From sequence record NC_028248.1: a stretch of 64,000 bases of DNA; one strand, written 5' to 3'. The translations under genes and the position numbers were made by a program. Positions 8,119-18,476 of the stretch are shown piece after piece. The notes beneath the pieces are model-generated. The model did not search any database. It was not told the origin of the DNA and saw nothing but the letters and a program-made list of their open reading frames with translations. Origin of the DNA: Escherichia phage slur16. The first letter of the stretch is position 1. Each line of letters opens with the position of its first letter.

Positions 8119-10716
8119 TTAAAGGTACAATCCACGGTATTGAGCATAAAGGCCCAGACCGCGAAGGATTTCGCCAGAGTGATAGCCCACCGGATCAGAA
8201 ACTGCCCAGCAGCCGTTTAAAACATTATCCCCATTGATGAAGTGGTGCTTTTGCAGTAGCTTCATACAGGCTTCTACAACAATGTCTATTTGAGGTATTG
8301 TCTCTGAATACCCGCACAGACCTAGCCAGCAGCAACCTGCAAGCCATTCACCTACCACCCACATCCTGTCCCCCCTGTCTTGATAAGAATATCCCCCAGA
8401 GGTGTTAAAGTCTGTAGGCAGATTTCCTGAATGAGATGACTGGAATCTGTTGAGGAACCATGCCCATTTCTGGCAGAACAGGAATAATCTTTCATCAACA
8501 GGTTCTTTATGTTTCTTGAGCTCATAGATTGTGCGGCACGCAGCAACAAAAGATCTTGACTGGAGCTTAGAGTTATCTACCATCTCCCACCAACCAGTCA
8601 GCCCTTCATTACCTCTCTGCCATACATAACGCGAGGCAACTGGACCCTCTGTCTTAAATGTATTATTATACCAGACTTGAGCGTCATACAGAAAGCCTAT
8701 TGTATTTGACAATCTATGGCGATCTATGTTTTCTGCACCCATGCAGTATACTGCTGGGTATTGCATGCCAGGGTAGGGCCAATTTGGCTTTTCCTCTAAG
8801 AGATAGTTTTCCTTATCTATCACCTTTCCGGCAGGGAACACACCTGGTGTGTGCCTGTATGCACCTTGCTTGTAGTTTCTGACATAGCAATCACCAACCT
8901 TAGCGGTTGATTCTGTCTTGCTTGCCATCCATACGCTAAACCATATTAGATAAGCATCCCTATCTGCAATATAGAACTGCGGCAGCGTGTTTACGCAGTA
9001 CAGATCAAACAAGCCATTACCTATCTGCCTGTCGCTTAGGCTGAAATCTACAGAGGTGAGCCCCTTAGGATTAGCAAAGAAAGGTTTAATCTCTTCTTCG
9101 GTGTGATGAGGTTGTGTCGGATCTAGTTTGAAATCTCCTAGAGTAAGAGTTTCTGTTATCCATTGTCCATTAGTGGCATATAGATCAGCATACCATAACC
9201 ACCTATCTTTGTCAAGAAATTTGACCCTTACCATCTCATCATCTGATCGATAAGTTACTGAGTTTAAAGAAATCTCTCTCCCAAAATTGAAAGTTACTTT
9301 ACCTCTTGCTATATTACAACGGGTGAAGTTGTCAGAGTGGTTGTAAATGTCGGTATCATACTGCATACTAACACTAGCGCCACCGCTTACGACAATGTTT
9401 TCCTCTTTAGGTAAGAGATACGGATTACCGTCTTTACCAACTACCTCTACGAAATCAGTAACCTTGGCAACTATTTCTGTTACCTCTGCCCCTCCAAAAG
9501 GAACCCCTATCCTGTACTGTTTTTTGTTATTGTTGCCATCATTAAGGATGAAATGTGGCTGGAACAGAACCCCTTCTCCTCCGAAATTCATAACAATTTC
9601 AGCATCTCTGCCTATTTTGTATGTAGTCCCTTTTTGAATTATTTCGCAAGGCTGGCGTGCGTTCATTCTAAAATTGATATACCCGTCACTGTCCCTGCTC
9701 ATGGCAGGAACTGTTCCTGCAACAAGGCAAGTACCATCTGTAAACGGTGCCTTAATCAACGTGGTCTTCCTAAACAGTTTGTCGTAGGCGTTTATATCAC
9801 TGAAATTAAGCAATTTGTTGTAAGACTGTTTAAACGCGGTGTAATACTTTTCCTCACCTGTCAAGGTGTAGAGTTGATAACAAGCGTCACACCACATTTC
9901 TTCCCCGTCCAACTCTGGGGCCTGATTATCTGCAACCACGTTTATAGGATTTACAATTACAGGGGATCCTGCAGGTATCACCGATCCGCCCTGCTCTTGA
10001 GGTAATCTTACACAATAGGTCACCTTGTGGCTGCCTGTAACACCCTTATCTTGTAATTGGATTGTGCCGAACTCTACAGACGTATGACCACTGTCGGCTA
10101 TGCTACCGTTAGCCCAATAGCGGTTACCATCCCATGCTATGTACCACTCAACCCACCAACTTAATCCGGATGTTGTCCAATCTGGGTTAGCATCTGTGCC
10201 ACCGTAAACATCAGAGTCTACAGTGTTTCTTCCTAACACACCGTTATACGCTTGGAATGCCTTGTCAAGGTATTCTCCCCATGTCGGAGATCCAGCTGGG
10301 ATTTTTCCTCTACCGTTGGTAAAAGACACCACCACATCTTTAAACCCACCATGTGATGGAACCCCATCTGTGGATAGGGGGTAGTGGGACAATCTTTGCA
10401 TTTTACTTTCTACTGCATATGCACCCAGAAGATGGCTATTGTAAGCTTCCCAAGCATCTTTTGCCCTACCCAGATAGAAATCGCTTTTCGATGCCCTGTA
10501 TGCTTCAATGTATCCCAGAATCAACACAGCTTGGGACTCATGCATTGCCCAATCATTATTTATCTTATTACCTGCCCACCCTGCAGCTATAAGACCATCA
10601 GGGTTTACTAGCTTATTTTGTGTAGGGGTGTTGGTAATACCTGTGTTGTTATCGAGGCACTTCCTGTGCCCCTCAATCATCTGAAATACGTTATCAATGT
10701 TATGTTGAATACGCAT
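8119..10716 (-). CDS. Large tail-associated protein, putative tailspike / receptor-binding protein (possible carbohydrate-active domain)
   Basis: 865-aa ORF between the two fiber genes; Trp/Tyr/Gly-rich, no anchor domain. Enzymatic function is a guess. Confidence 0.4.
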   Translation of the reverse strand: MRIQHNIDNVFQMIEGHRKCLDNNTGITNTPTQNKLVNPDGLIAAGWAGNKINNDWAMHESQAVLILGYIEAYRASKSDFYLGRAKDAWEAYNSHLLGAYAVESKMQRLSHYPLSTDGVPSHGGFKDVVVSFTNGRGKIPAGSPTWGEYLDKAFQAYNGVLGRNTVDSDVYGGTDANPDWTTSGLSWWVEWYIAWDGNRYWANGSIADSGHTSVEFGTIQLQDKGVTGSHKVTYCVRLPQEQGGSVIPAGSPVIVNPINVVADNQAPELDGEEMWCDACYQLYTLTGEEKYYTAFKQSYNKLLNFSDINAYDKLFRKTTLIKAPFTDGTCLVAGTVPAMSRDSDGYINFRMNARQPCEIIQKGTTYKIGRDAEIVMNFGGEGVLFQPHFILNDGNNNKKQYRIGVPFGGAEVTEIVAKVTDFVEVVGKDGNPYLLPKEENIVVSGGASVSMQYDTDIYNHSDNFTRCNIARGKVTFNFGREISLNSVTYRSDDEMVRVKFLDKDRWLWYADLYATNGQWITETLTLGDFKLDPTQPHHTEEEIKPFFANPKGLTSVDFSLSDRQIGNGLFDLYCVNTLPQFYIADRDAYLIWFSVWMASKTESTAKVGDCYVRNYKQGAYRHTPGVFPAGKVIDKENYLLEEKPNWPYPGMQYPAVYCMGAENIDRHRLSNTIGFLYDAQVWYNNTFKTEGPVASRYVWQRGNEGLTGWWEMVDNSKLQSRSFVAACRTIYELKKHKEPVDERLFLFCQKWAWFLNRFQSSHSGNLPTDFNTSGGYSYQDRGDRMWVVGEWLAGCCWLGLCGYSETIPQIDIVVEACMKLLQKHHFINGDNVLNGCWAVSDPVGYHSGEILRGLGLYAQYRGLYL

Positions 10717-10717
10717 C

Positions 10718-11386
10718 TTAGATAGCTCCTGCGATAATCAGTGCCCCGTACCAAGTTAACCCGTTGTCGTAGGTTTCCAACTTGAAAATATCTGTTGCAC
10801 CAGCTGTAAATGTTAGGATAGGATCTCTTCCGTAGGACCATTTAACATTACCAGGCCAATAGACTTTGTTGCCGCCAGAGGTCTGAGTAATGCATACGGT
10901 TATAGTTCTCGCCACTCCTTCAAGACCTTCTGTTTGATTTTCAAAAGAGATTGTGGTATTTGAAGTTAGTCGAACCTTAAAGGTATCCGCAACTTCAAGA
11001 TCCATATCAAGCTGACCACCGATAGATCCGTAATCAACTATTCTGCCAGAAGAAGTTGCAGCAAGCTCACCAAAAACAGACCAGGCATTTGCAGACACAC
11101 CCCCAGCACCCTCTACAGTGGAGTCTGGGAGGATTATTTTAGGATAATCCCCGTTCCACGTGTAGTAGCGCTTAGTTTCTGGGTCATAAGCAAAGTCCTT
11201 CTTGCTCTTAAGATAACCACCCTCTGTGAAATAGACTATCTTAGTAATGCTAAGATCGTTGACAACATCGTCAATCTTAGCCTTTCTTGTCCCATCAGTC
11301 TGGTTGACAACCAAGAAGTCATCACTCAAGACTGTTTCTGCATCTTCAAGATCTGGAATTGGTATTGTAGGATAAGCTACAGCCAT
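10718..11386 (-). CDS. Short fiber / adaptor protein carrying a tail fiber N-terminal anchor domain
   Basis: 222-aa ORF. DDFLVVNQTDGTRKAKIDDVV...FTEGGYLKSKKDFAY...ANAWSVF aligns with DDYLVVQQPDLTRRVKIGDVV...FKEGGKLNGPMDFAY...DAAWMVY at the N-terminus of the 1266-aa fiber. Confidence 0.5.
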   Translation of the reverse strand: MAVAYPTIPIPDLEDAETVLSDDFLVVNQTDGTRKAKIDDVVNDLSITKIVYFTEGGYLKSKKDFAYDPETKRYYTWNGDYPKIILPDSTVEGAGGVSANAWSVFGELAATSSGRIVDYGSIGGQLDMDLEVADTFKVRLTSNTTISFENQTEGLEGVARTITVCITQTSGGNKVYWPGNVKWSYGRDPILTFTAGATDIFKLETYDNGLTWYGALIIAGAI

Positions 11387-11395
11387 GATTTCTCC

Positions 11396-12112
11396 TTAGT
11401 TAACATCAATAGCACGACCAGACTGGTTGGCAATAGCCTCATCATTGGAGGTAGCAATAACACCAGAGTATTCGCGCTCATCTGGAGCAAGCGTCCAGGT
11501 ATTGCGGTTAATGGTTTGTTCTGCCTCAGTCATCAGCAGATCTTTATCCTGAGTCAACAGAGAGCCTACAGGGATCGGGTTTTCCATCTCAGGGCCAGCA
11601 TACTGGTTCCACCATGTGGCATCTCCTGTTCTAGGCAATCTGAAGTTGATCAGATAGTACAGTTTATTAGCCCACTTAATCCAACCCTCATCATCACAGA
11701 GAGAGGTTGTCCCAGAATCAGGCTGTGGGTAGGTGAACTGATCAAGACCTACGAAAGCCAGCCTTACAATCTCGTTCTCTTTGGTAACAACCTCGAAGAA
11801 CGCTTGGTATGTTCTCGATCTTCGGTCCATGGTAGACTGGAAGTTTATGATGTTTAGCACATCCGGCTCTTGTCTTGCCACTTCCATGATCTTGTTATCA
11901 AGAACAGTCTTCATGACCTTCTTGCTGAGAAAGTCCATATAAGGGAAGCCAAACAGCTCGTCAAAGTACCAGCTCCCCTTCCACGTATTAAACCTCATCC
12001 ACAAGCGCTGGCGCAGACTTACCTGGTTTGAATCTATCAACTCAAGACCTTTGTCTATCGCCAAATCGCCTGTCTGTGGGTCCATCAATATATCACTATA
12101 AAGCGTAGCCAT
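11396..12112 (-). CDS. Baseplate protein, hypothetical
   Basis: 238-aa ORF in the baseplate cluster downstream of the tape measure gene; position only. Confidence 0.3.
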   Translation of the reverse strand: MATLYSDILMDPQTGDLAIDKGLELIDSNQVSLRQRLWMRFNTWKGSWYFDELFGFPYMDFLSKKVMKTVLDNKIMEVARQEPDVLNIINFQSTMDRRSRTYQAFFEVVTKENEIVRLAFVGLDQFTYPQPDSGTTSLCDDEGWIKWANKLYYLINFRLPRTGDATWWNQYAGPEMENPIPVGSLLTQDKDLLMTEAEQTINRNTWTLAPDEREYSGVIATSNDEAIANQSGRAIDVN

Positions 12113-12124
12113 GAAAGCCCTCTA

Positions 12125-12802
12125 TTAGTGCGGTCCACTTGTCTCGCCATCAGGGCAAGAGTGGGTATGACCTTTATATTCTGCATAGAATGAATCCAAA
12201 TCCACGCCAGCAGCAGTTATAATTCTACCAGATGGGTCTATTGTAGCACCATTCATTCTGATATTCCCATCCACAGCAGCTCGCAAATTGGCAGCCCCGT
12301 TAGTGAAAGAAAACTCCCCGCTGCTGTCGCACCGTAATGTCCCACCAGGTGTTTGAAGCTCAAAATCGCCAGAAGGTGTCAGTTTAAAATAAACCCTATC
12401 ATTCCATAACTCTACGTTATCAGGATCGATCTGTAAGGCGTTTGAGTCTGAATGAACAGAGGTGATTGCCCACCCCGGAAACAGGCCGTGAGTTTGTTGA
12501 TCGTCGTTATTGTTTTCATTTCTCTCTGAAAACTGCAATCCTACAACATCTCCAGCCTTAATAGGGAGTGTTAACCTTGCCTTTCCGCTGTTTGCAGACA
12601 TCACCTGAATTGGAACGTCATAGATAAGAGGGTATCTCTCCACATCTCCGTCATCAAACGTAGTTTCAGCTATTGGCTGCACGGCTGCAGAAGGTATACT
12701 GTAGTCTACACTGACAACTCTGGCCCTGATACTGGTGTGGTAGTCCCTCATTATTTTTTCTATAAAAGATCTTACAGCAGCATCTTTCCTATTTATTGCC
12801 AT
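12125..12802 (-). CDS. Baseplate central spike-like protein (gpV-like), hypothetical
   Basis: 225-aa ORF; C-terminal GHTHSCPDG resembles metal-binding spike apex motifs; position in baseplate cluster. Confidence 0.35.
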   Translation of the reverse strand: MAINRKDAAVRSFIEKIMRDYHTSIRARVVSVDYSIPSAAVQPIAETTFDDGDVERYPLIYDVPIQVMSANSGKARLTLPIKAGDVVGLQFSERNENNNDDQQTHGLFPGWAITSVHSDSNALQIDPDNVELWNDRVYFKLTPSGDFELQTPGGTLRCDSSGEFSFTNGAANLRAAVDGNIRMNGATIDPSGRIITAAGVDLDSFYAEYKGHTHSCPDGETSGPH

Positions 12803-13806
12803 TATACCTCCTCAGTTTTGTCAACAACTCCACCCACTGTTTCCCCAAGGCCAAGCTCTGTAGTGTAATCACCACCTTCTATGGTGCCCTTATGATGCAC
12901 CGTGATCACCTTATAGAAGCCTGTATATTGCTTGCTTTTAAGATAAATAGTGGACTCTGGGAGGATAGCTCCGTTAAGGCATGTGGTTACAGTAAGGCCA
13001 ACATCCTCTCTCGGGTTTTTCTTTTTCTTTTTAGATGTCGAACCACCTTTGGCAGCAGCTTTAGCTTTTCGTTTTTTAGCAGGTTCTGGGTTTTTAGGGG
13101 TAGGAGATCCGTGCATCCCAGACTCTGCACTTATTTCAAACACAGAGTCTTTGAACCTTTTTCCAACCTTGGTCCAATACAAAGCCCCATCCTGAACGCT
13201 AAATGTTGAGTTGGTCAGCCTTGCAAACCTGCGGAGGTTCTCTGCAGTGTTTCCAGAGAAAGCCATAGAGTATTGCAAAGTCTGGTTTCCAAAACCAACA
13301 ACCCTACCTTTTGGCAAGTTCATATCCTTCAGTAGGTCATTAAGCACAGAGTTCAGAGGTGTACCTTTCTGATAAGATCTTGTGCTTTGGCACTTAATGA
13401 TGTTCTCAGTGCCATCCCCAAAGATGAACTTAGTTTTTCTGGTCGGACCTTCCCACCTGTCTTCAACAAACTCCACAGTTCCGGAGAATATCAACTGGTT
13501 CTCATTATCATAGCCAGCTTCAAACATAACTGCAAGGGCATCAGCCTGATGCATATCCAGATAGTTAACTGTATCGTCAGACAGGTTGTAAACTGTCACA
13601 TAACCTTTGTTTGGCTCTTTGGTATTGTCCTTTTGTATGTCAAACTCTATATTGGCAGCACCAGTGTCTGAGCTAACTTCATAAACTCCGGAATCACTCT
13701 CCCCTTTCTTTTCAACAGATTTTGGGATATTGGTTTTTGATTTACCGCCATGTTCTACAGGACGACCAAACAATAATCGCCATGTTCTACGTCTGTACTC
13801 TGCCAT
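12802..13806 (-). CDS. Baseplate hub-like protein, hypothetical
   Basis: 334-aa ORF with a Lys-rich low-complexity linker (KKRKAKAAAKGGSTSKKKKK); position only. Confidence 0.3.
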   Translation of the reverse strand: MAEYRRRTWRLLFGRPVEHGGKSKTNIPKSVEKKGESDSGVYEVSSDTGAANIEFDIQKDNTKEPNKGYVTVYNLSDDTVNYLDMHQADALAVMFEAGYDNENQLIFSGTVEFVEDRWEGPTRKTKFIFGDGTENIIKCQSTRSYQKGTPLNSVLNDLLKDMNLPKGRVVGFGNQTLQYSMAFSGNTAENLRRFARLTNSTFSVQDGALYWTKVGKRFKDSVFEISAESGMHGSPTPKNPEPAKKRKAKAAAKGGSTSKKKKKNPREDVGLTVTTCLNGAILPESTIYLKSKQYTGFYKVITVHHKGTIEGGDYTTELGLGETVGGVVDKTEEV

Positions 13807-14186
13807 TATTCTAACCCTTGCTGTTCCTTGTAAAGATCAACCGGGGTGCCGTATACAAGTTGTAGCTCAGATCTCGCCCCAAGGTTATATCTTCCAACCC
13901 TGCCCCAATATTGATCGTCTTTAAACGACAGCGCCATCAATCTACCTTTCGGTAAATCGTCTCTGTAATGCAGTCCGTCTAAAATATCTTGACAAGCTGT
14001 TACTTTTCTGGTTACTAAAGGGCTGTCACCTACCGGACCAAGAGATAACCACCAGGACTCATCCCTCTCATTCCATTGCATACGCATTTCATACGTCTCA
14101 TTGTCTAAAACAACACGCATGGTTTGATCAGGAAAGCCGTCAATGTCCCACACAAAGGTGATTATGCACCAATCTTTAAGTTCCAT
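13806..14186 (-). CDS. Hypothetical baseplate/tail protein
   Basis: 126-aa ORF with start/stop overlap to neighbours. Confidence 0.3.
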   Translation of the reverse strand: MELKDWCIITFVWDIDGFPDQTMRVVLDNETYEMRMQWNERDESWWLSLGPVGDSPLVTRKVTACQDILDGLHYRDDLPKGRLMALSFKDDQYWGRVGRYNLGARSELQLVYGTPVDLYKEQQGLE

Positions 14187-14198
14187 TACACGCTCCCC

Positions 14199-15110
14199 TT
14201 ATTTTCCGTTAACTTTGTTGTAGTTTCCCTGCTCAGATGGGACTATGGTAGAAGGTCTTCCATATTCCTGATAATACCAATCCGCAGCAGATTGAGTAAC
14301 ACCGTTTTCATCCGTCCACATCATAGATTTGTAGGGCTGCCACTCTTCTGCGGCATTTGTTGATGCAGTGTCTGCAAATGCCCCTGTGTCCCTCTTGTTA
14401 CCTACGTTACTGCCATTCTTACAGTCGTTGACAGCACCTTTTTGCTGGGTCTTGCCTACTTTCTTAGGGTTGCTGTATACAGTTGCATTAACAACCTTGT
14501 TCAAGTAGAATGTGCGGAACTCTGTAAGTTCTACATCAAACACCATCGCAGCACCTTCACCAACAGACTTGTTGGCAGAAAGGCTGGTTATGATGTAGTT
14601 CTCAAGGAGTCTCTCCTCGGTAACCAAAGAAACCAACTGGCGCTTATTAATGATCTCAGTCAAAGCCTCCAGTGCAGCGCCTGGTCGCATAGACGCTGCA
14701 GGGTTTTTAGAGTCAGTATTCCTGTCAATGTAGTTTTGCTCATAGATTATATGTGGTGATGTATTTACCCTACCAGTAAAAGAAAATACACCATCTTTAA
14801 TTACAGCGTGGTCTGACAGGGTAGATTTATCTTCCACCGCAAACCCAGTCTTATCAACAGAATGTTTGAAAGAGTAATTCTCAACCTGATCGAAGATGAT
14901 GGCAAGATCGTTAGTAAAGTTTTTACCCTTCATCTCCGTATTGCGACCACCATAGTTAAGACCGCTGACAAACATAGTGTACTTTACATCGCTTTCAGTT
15001 TGCTGTTCTGCCTTTTCAGCCTTTGGAGATTTAACCTCTTGAGGCTTGTACAGGTCTTTTTCATCAACTATATTGCTTGGCATAACCTCTCCAGGACACT
15101 CCGATACCAT
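14199..15110 (-). CDS. Hypothetical tail protein (first gene after the tape measure)
   Basis: 303-aa ORF; the real start may be an internal Met. Confidence 0.3.
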   Translation of the reverse strand: MVSECPGEVMPSNIVDEKDLYKPQEVKSPKAEKAEQQTESDVKYTMFVSGLNYGGRNTEMKGKNFTNDLAIIFDQVENYSFKHSVDKTGFAVEDKSTLSDHAVIKDGVFSFTGRVNTSPHIIYEQNYIDRNTDSKNPAASMRPGAALEALTEIINKRQLVSLVTEERLLENYIITSLSANKSVGEGAAMVFDVELTEFRTFYLNKVVNATVYSNPKKVGKTQQKGAVNDCKNGSNVGNKRDTGAFADTASTNAAEEWQPYKSMMWTDENGVTQSAADWYYQEYGRPSTIVPSEQGNYNKVNGK

Positions 15111-15150
15111 CTAAATATTGTATCATAAAATAGCCGTTTTTACAACACCG

Positions 15151-15176
15151 ATAAAATAAAGGGGGCCGGAGCCCCC
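15151..15176 (-). terminator. Rho-independent terminator downstream of the tape measure gene
   Basis: Minus-strand hairpin GGGGGCUCCGGCCCCC (plus 15161-15176) followed by UUUAUUUUAU. Confidence 0.55.
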
Positions 15177-15189
15177 TATGTGCTGTTTA

Positions 15190-17526
15190 TTACCAAAGAT
15201 CTGTTGACATAAAGTTAATATCTTTGTTATTCTCCCACTCAAGTTTTGCATCAAGTATTTTGCTAAACTCACCCTCATCTATTGAAATCGTGATTTTCCC
15301 ATCACTAATCTCTAAAGGTAGCATTTCCATAGTTCTTAATTGAGAAGCAAAACCAGGGCCACCTGGCAACGGAAGAGTACCGCCCGGTAAGGTGTCCAAA
15401 GGATTAACAAATCCGTTACCTCCCGATATGATATCTTTGCGAATCATATCGCTGATAGTATCCAGCTGCTGATTTCTTTCACTTAGTGGGTTGTAACGGT
15501 CATTAAATAATTCCCCGGCGCTTAGTATTGTACCGATAATACCCAGCTTACCGAGCAGACCAACTTTGCCACCAGGTGTCTTGAGGCCACCTCCCCCTTT
15601 TCCTGCCGGAGCGCCACCACCAGATCCTTCTGTAGTAGCGGCACCTGCTACTCCAGCTGCACCCCTTAGAGAGCTAAGGAATTTAAAGGTTTTTACAAGC
15701 ATAGATGCCATGACAAAACCTTTTGTTAGGGCGTTGACGACCAGCATGATGGCAGCAGCAAACCCTGCCCATTTAGCATAGCTAAAGGTGTCATGGAGCT
15801 CTTCAGAATATTCCTTCGTCTTAGCTGTTATGAACCCCCATTTAATCCCCCATTCAAGGAAAAACATGCGGATCTTGACTATAGTGTTGTTCAGTTCACC
15901 AACTACCCAGTTAAGGCCTCTCACAAACCCGCTAACAAAATCACCAGAGGCATCCCACACAAATTGCAGAGTCTCACCAGTGCGGATTAGTGTATAATAG
16001 AACTCTGTTAGTTCGTCAGACCAACGGGTGAACAGTTTCTGACGAGTCAGTTCGATAAAGGTTTTCAGTCTGTTTTCTGCCAGCACGTTAGACTTCTGCA
16101 TTCTTTCATAACCAGCTGCAGATGCCTCGTTCATGTACTTAGCCACATACTTCATGATCTTGGCTGTTTTAACCTCACCTTTCTTCATCATGTCCATGAA
16201 CTGATCCATGGAGAGTTCAGAAAGACCAAAAGCCTCTTTGGTGGCCTTGATAAAAGGTTCGTATGCACCAGGCAATGCTTCAGCAAGTTGTTGCTTCAGT
16301 TCTTCGGACATTACCTGTCCTTTCCCGAGCATCTGTTGGATTGCCATAATACCGCGCTGGTATTTTACCTCATCGGCACCATAAGCAGCAGCATACTGGG
16401 AGTATGCAGAAAACAGCTCATGCACTTCCTGATTTGTCATCTGGTTTTTGGCGTTTACCGACATCTGGGCGTAACCTTGAAGACCAGATTTGAGATCAAA
16501 ACCAAGACGCATAGCCTCTTGCTGGACAAACGCAACCTCACTGTTGGCTTTGTTTGGATCTCCAGTAACAGCAGTAAGAGCAGCACTTGCCCCCTCCATC
16601 ATGTGACCGGATCTGTTAACCGCAGCAAATCCAGAAAAAGCTGTATACGCAGCTGTTGCATTAATAACAGATCTACGTAAGTCTCTCATGGCATCGCCTA
16701 GTGTAAGCGTTTGGCTGGTGGCGCTTTTAAACCCAGACTGCAGCGCTGACAGGTGGGCGTTAAAGGTTGACTTCTTCATCTCCCCGCGAGCAAACCTGGA
16801 CTCTAACTCTGAGTATCCTGGCAAGCTTCCACGGAATCCGGCCCCATACTTGGCAGAAAGTCTTATCGCGGAGTTGTAGAGGTGGGTTCTCCTTGCCTCA
16901 CGATCCGACATAAGCCTATTATCCATACCAGCTTTACTGTCTCTTCTTAGCTGTCTATGATAACGATTCATAGCGGCTGTCTGAGCTTTCACAAGGTTAG
17001 GGTCGGAAGCCACACCACCCATATTAGGGTTACCGGGGATATATTTGAAAGATTTGGCATTAGCCAAAACTCTTGCCTTAGGTGCCTTATAACCACCGTA
17101 AGACACTGGTGCAGATTTGGCAGCCTTTTTGGCCTCTTTAGCTTGCTGCTGGTAGAACTTACGCATCCTAGCCATTTCTGGATTTTTAGCGGTAAGATTA
17201 CCTACAGCTTGTTTACGTCTCGCATTCTCCCTACGTTCTATTGCAGCCCTTACTGCAGCCTCTTTCTTGGCCTGTGCTACGCTCTCTCTGTGCAGTTTAG
17301 CATTTGCCTGAGATTGCTGTCTGGCAACCCTCTGCATTGTCTGCTGGGTTTTAACAGCTACCGCCTGCCATCTACTCATTGGGTTGGCTGAGTTAAAATC
17401 CTCGCCCAGTTTCCTGAACTCCCTCCCAATACTGCGAATTTTCTCTACAGCTTTTTTGTAGGAGGAGTTCTCTATCTCAAAGCCAATCTTGTTGACTGTT
17501 GTGGCAACTATTTTGTTTGTAGCCAT
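15190..17526 (-). CDS. Tail tape measure protein
   Basis: 778-aa ORF; Ala/Gln/Lys-rich helical N-terminal half, Gly-rich segment (GAAGVAGAATTEGSGGGAPAGKGGGG) and hydrophobic stretch; follows sheath-tube-chaperone genes. Confidence 0.7.
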   Translation of the reverse strand: MATNKIVATTVNKIGFEIENSSYKKAVEKIRSIGREFRKLGEDFNSANPMSRWQAVAVKTQQTMQRVARQQSQANAKLHRESVAQAKKEAAVRAAIERRENARRKQAVGNLTAKNPEMARMRKFYQQQAKEAKKAAKSAPVSYGGYKAPKARVLANAKSFKYIPGNPNMGGVASDPNLVKAQTAAMNRYHRQLRRDSKAGMDNRLMSDREARRTHLYNSAIRLSAKYGAGFRGSLPGYSELESRFARGEMKKSTFNAHLSALQSGFKSATSQTLTLGDAMRDLRRSVINATAAYTAFSGFAAVNRSGHMMEGASAALTAVTGDPNKANSEVAFVQQEAMRLGFDLKSGLQGYAQMSVNAKNQMTNQEVHELFSAYSQYAAAYGADEVKYQRGIMAIQQMLGKGQVMSEELKQQLAEALPGAYEPFIKATKEAFGLSELSMDQFMDMMKKGEVKTAKIMKYVAKYMNEASAAGYERMQKSNVLAENRLKTFIELTRQKLFTRWSDELTEFYYTLIRTGETLQFVWDASGDFVSGFVRGLNWVVGELNNTIVKIRMFFLEWGIKWGFITAKTKEYSEELHDTFSYAKWAGFAAAIMLVVNALTKGFVMASMLVKTFKFLSSLRGAAGVAGAATTEGSGGGAPAGKGGGGLKTPGGKVGLLGKLGIIGTILSAGELFNDRYNPLSERNQQLDTISDMIRKDIISGGNGFVNPLDTLPGGTLPLPGGPGFASQLRTMEMLPLEISDGKITISIDEGEFSKILDAKLEWENNKDINFMSTDLW

Positions 17527-17580
17527 GGTTTCCTCATAATAAAAAGGGCCAGATCCCAGAAAAGGAATCCGGCCCTTAGA

Positions 17581-17829
17581 TTATCCTCTCCTGCGCTTAG
17601 CTTTCGCAGCAGCTGCGGCAGCCTTCTGCTCCCGCTCCATTTCCCTGTTTTGGACGGTATCTAGGAATTCTTCGATATCAAGATACTCACAGAGCTTCAG
17701 GAAATACGCCATATCTGCAAGATTTAGCGATTCAAAATTTTCCCCTTTGAAATTCTTGAGCACCCTGCACCAAAGAAAGTCGAACCAATTGAGTGAACTG
17801 TTCTTGGCTGCCCACTCACTGGCCCTCAC
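17581..17829 (-). CDS. Tail assembly chaperone-like small protein
   Basis: 82-aa ORF with GTG start and its own AAGG RBS, directly upstream of the tape measure gene. Confidence 0.35.
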   Translation of the reverse strand: MRASEWAAKNSSLNWFDFLWCRVLKNFKGENFESLNLADMAYFLKLCEYLDIEEFLDTVQNREMEREQKAAAAAAKAKRRRG

Positions 17830-17840
17830 AACAACCTTGC

Positions 17841-18314
17841 TTATTCCTGCTCTTCCGGAGTCTGATCCAGATTGTTCACCTGCTGAATCATACCCATCTG
17901 CTGTAACATCTCCAGAAGGCTTCCTAAACCGTCTTGTGTGAAAAAACAGCCGTAGTTAACCTCCAGAACCTTACCTGCCAGCTTAATCATCTCCAGCAGA
18001 TGCCCTGCAAACACAACATCCGGGTTAAGCCTATCCACACCATCTACGGTAATATCTTCGAACAAGATTTTAAATAGCTCTTCAATGGAGTTATCATCAA
18101 GTTCTTGGAACAGGTAAGCCAGGGCTGTAGGAAGGACCTCTGCCATATTCTGACCACCTGAGAGAATAGATCCACCGATAGCACCTAGCGGGACAGCCAC
18201 AATCTTACCGATTTTAGGCATGTTTTTCATTGCTTTCATCGGCCCCCAGTGGGTGATCACAAAGTTGTGCCCTGCTAAATCAATCTCTGTTGTAGGTCTA
18301 AAGTTTACAGCCAT
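17841..18314 (-). CDS. Tail assembly chaperone-like protein
   Basis: 157-aa acidic ORF between the tail tube and tape measure genes. Confidence 0.4.
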   Translation of the reverse strand: MAVNFRPTTEIDLAGHNFVITHWGPMKAMKNMPKIGKIVAVPLGAIGGSILSGGQNMAEVLPTALAYLFQELDDNSIEELFKILFEDITVDGVDRLNPDVVFAGHLLEMIKLAGKVLEVNYGCFFTQDGLGSLLEMLQQMGMIQQVNNLDQTPEEQE

Positions 18315-18426
18315 TTTATAGCATCCTTATTAGTCATGTTGTGCACCATATTTGTGTATTTTACCATGATTATGGTGCATTGTCAATTTAACCTTTCAAG
18401 CAATTCAAGAACGTGTGTCAAAACCA

Positions 18427-18458
18427 TAAAAGCAAAAAGCCCCACCCGAAGGTGAGGC
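18427..18458 (-). terminator. Rho-independent terminator downstream of the tail tube gene
   Basis: Minus-strand hairpin GCCUCACC-UUCG-GGUGGGGC (plus 18439-18458) followed by UUUUUGCUUUU. Confidence 0.6.
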
Positions 18459-18476
18459 TTATGCTAAAGTGTGCCC

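Noticed and set aside
17581-18314. Programmed -1 frameshift joining the two tail assembly chaperone ORFs
   Set aside because: The downstream ORF has its own GTG start with an AAGG RBS after an 11-nt gap, and no slippery heptamer was seen at the junction.
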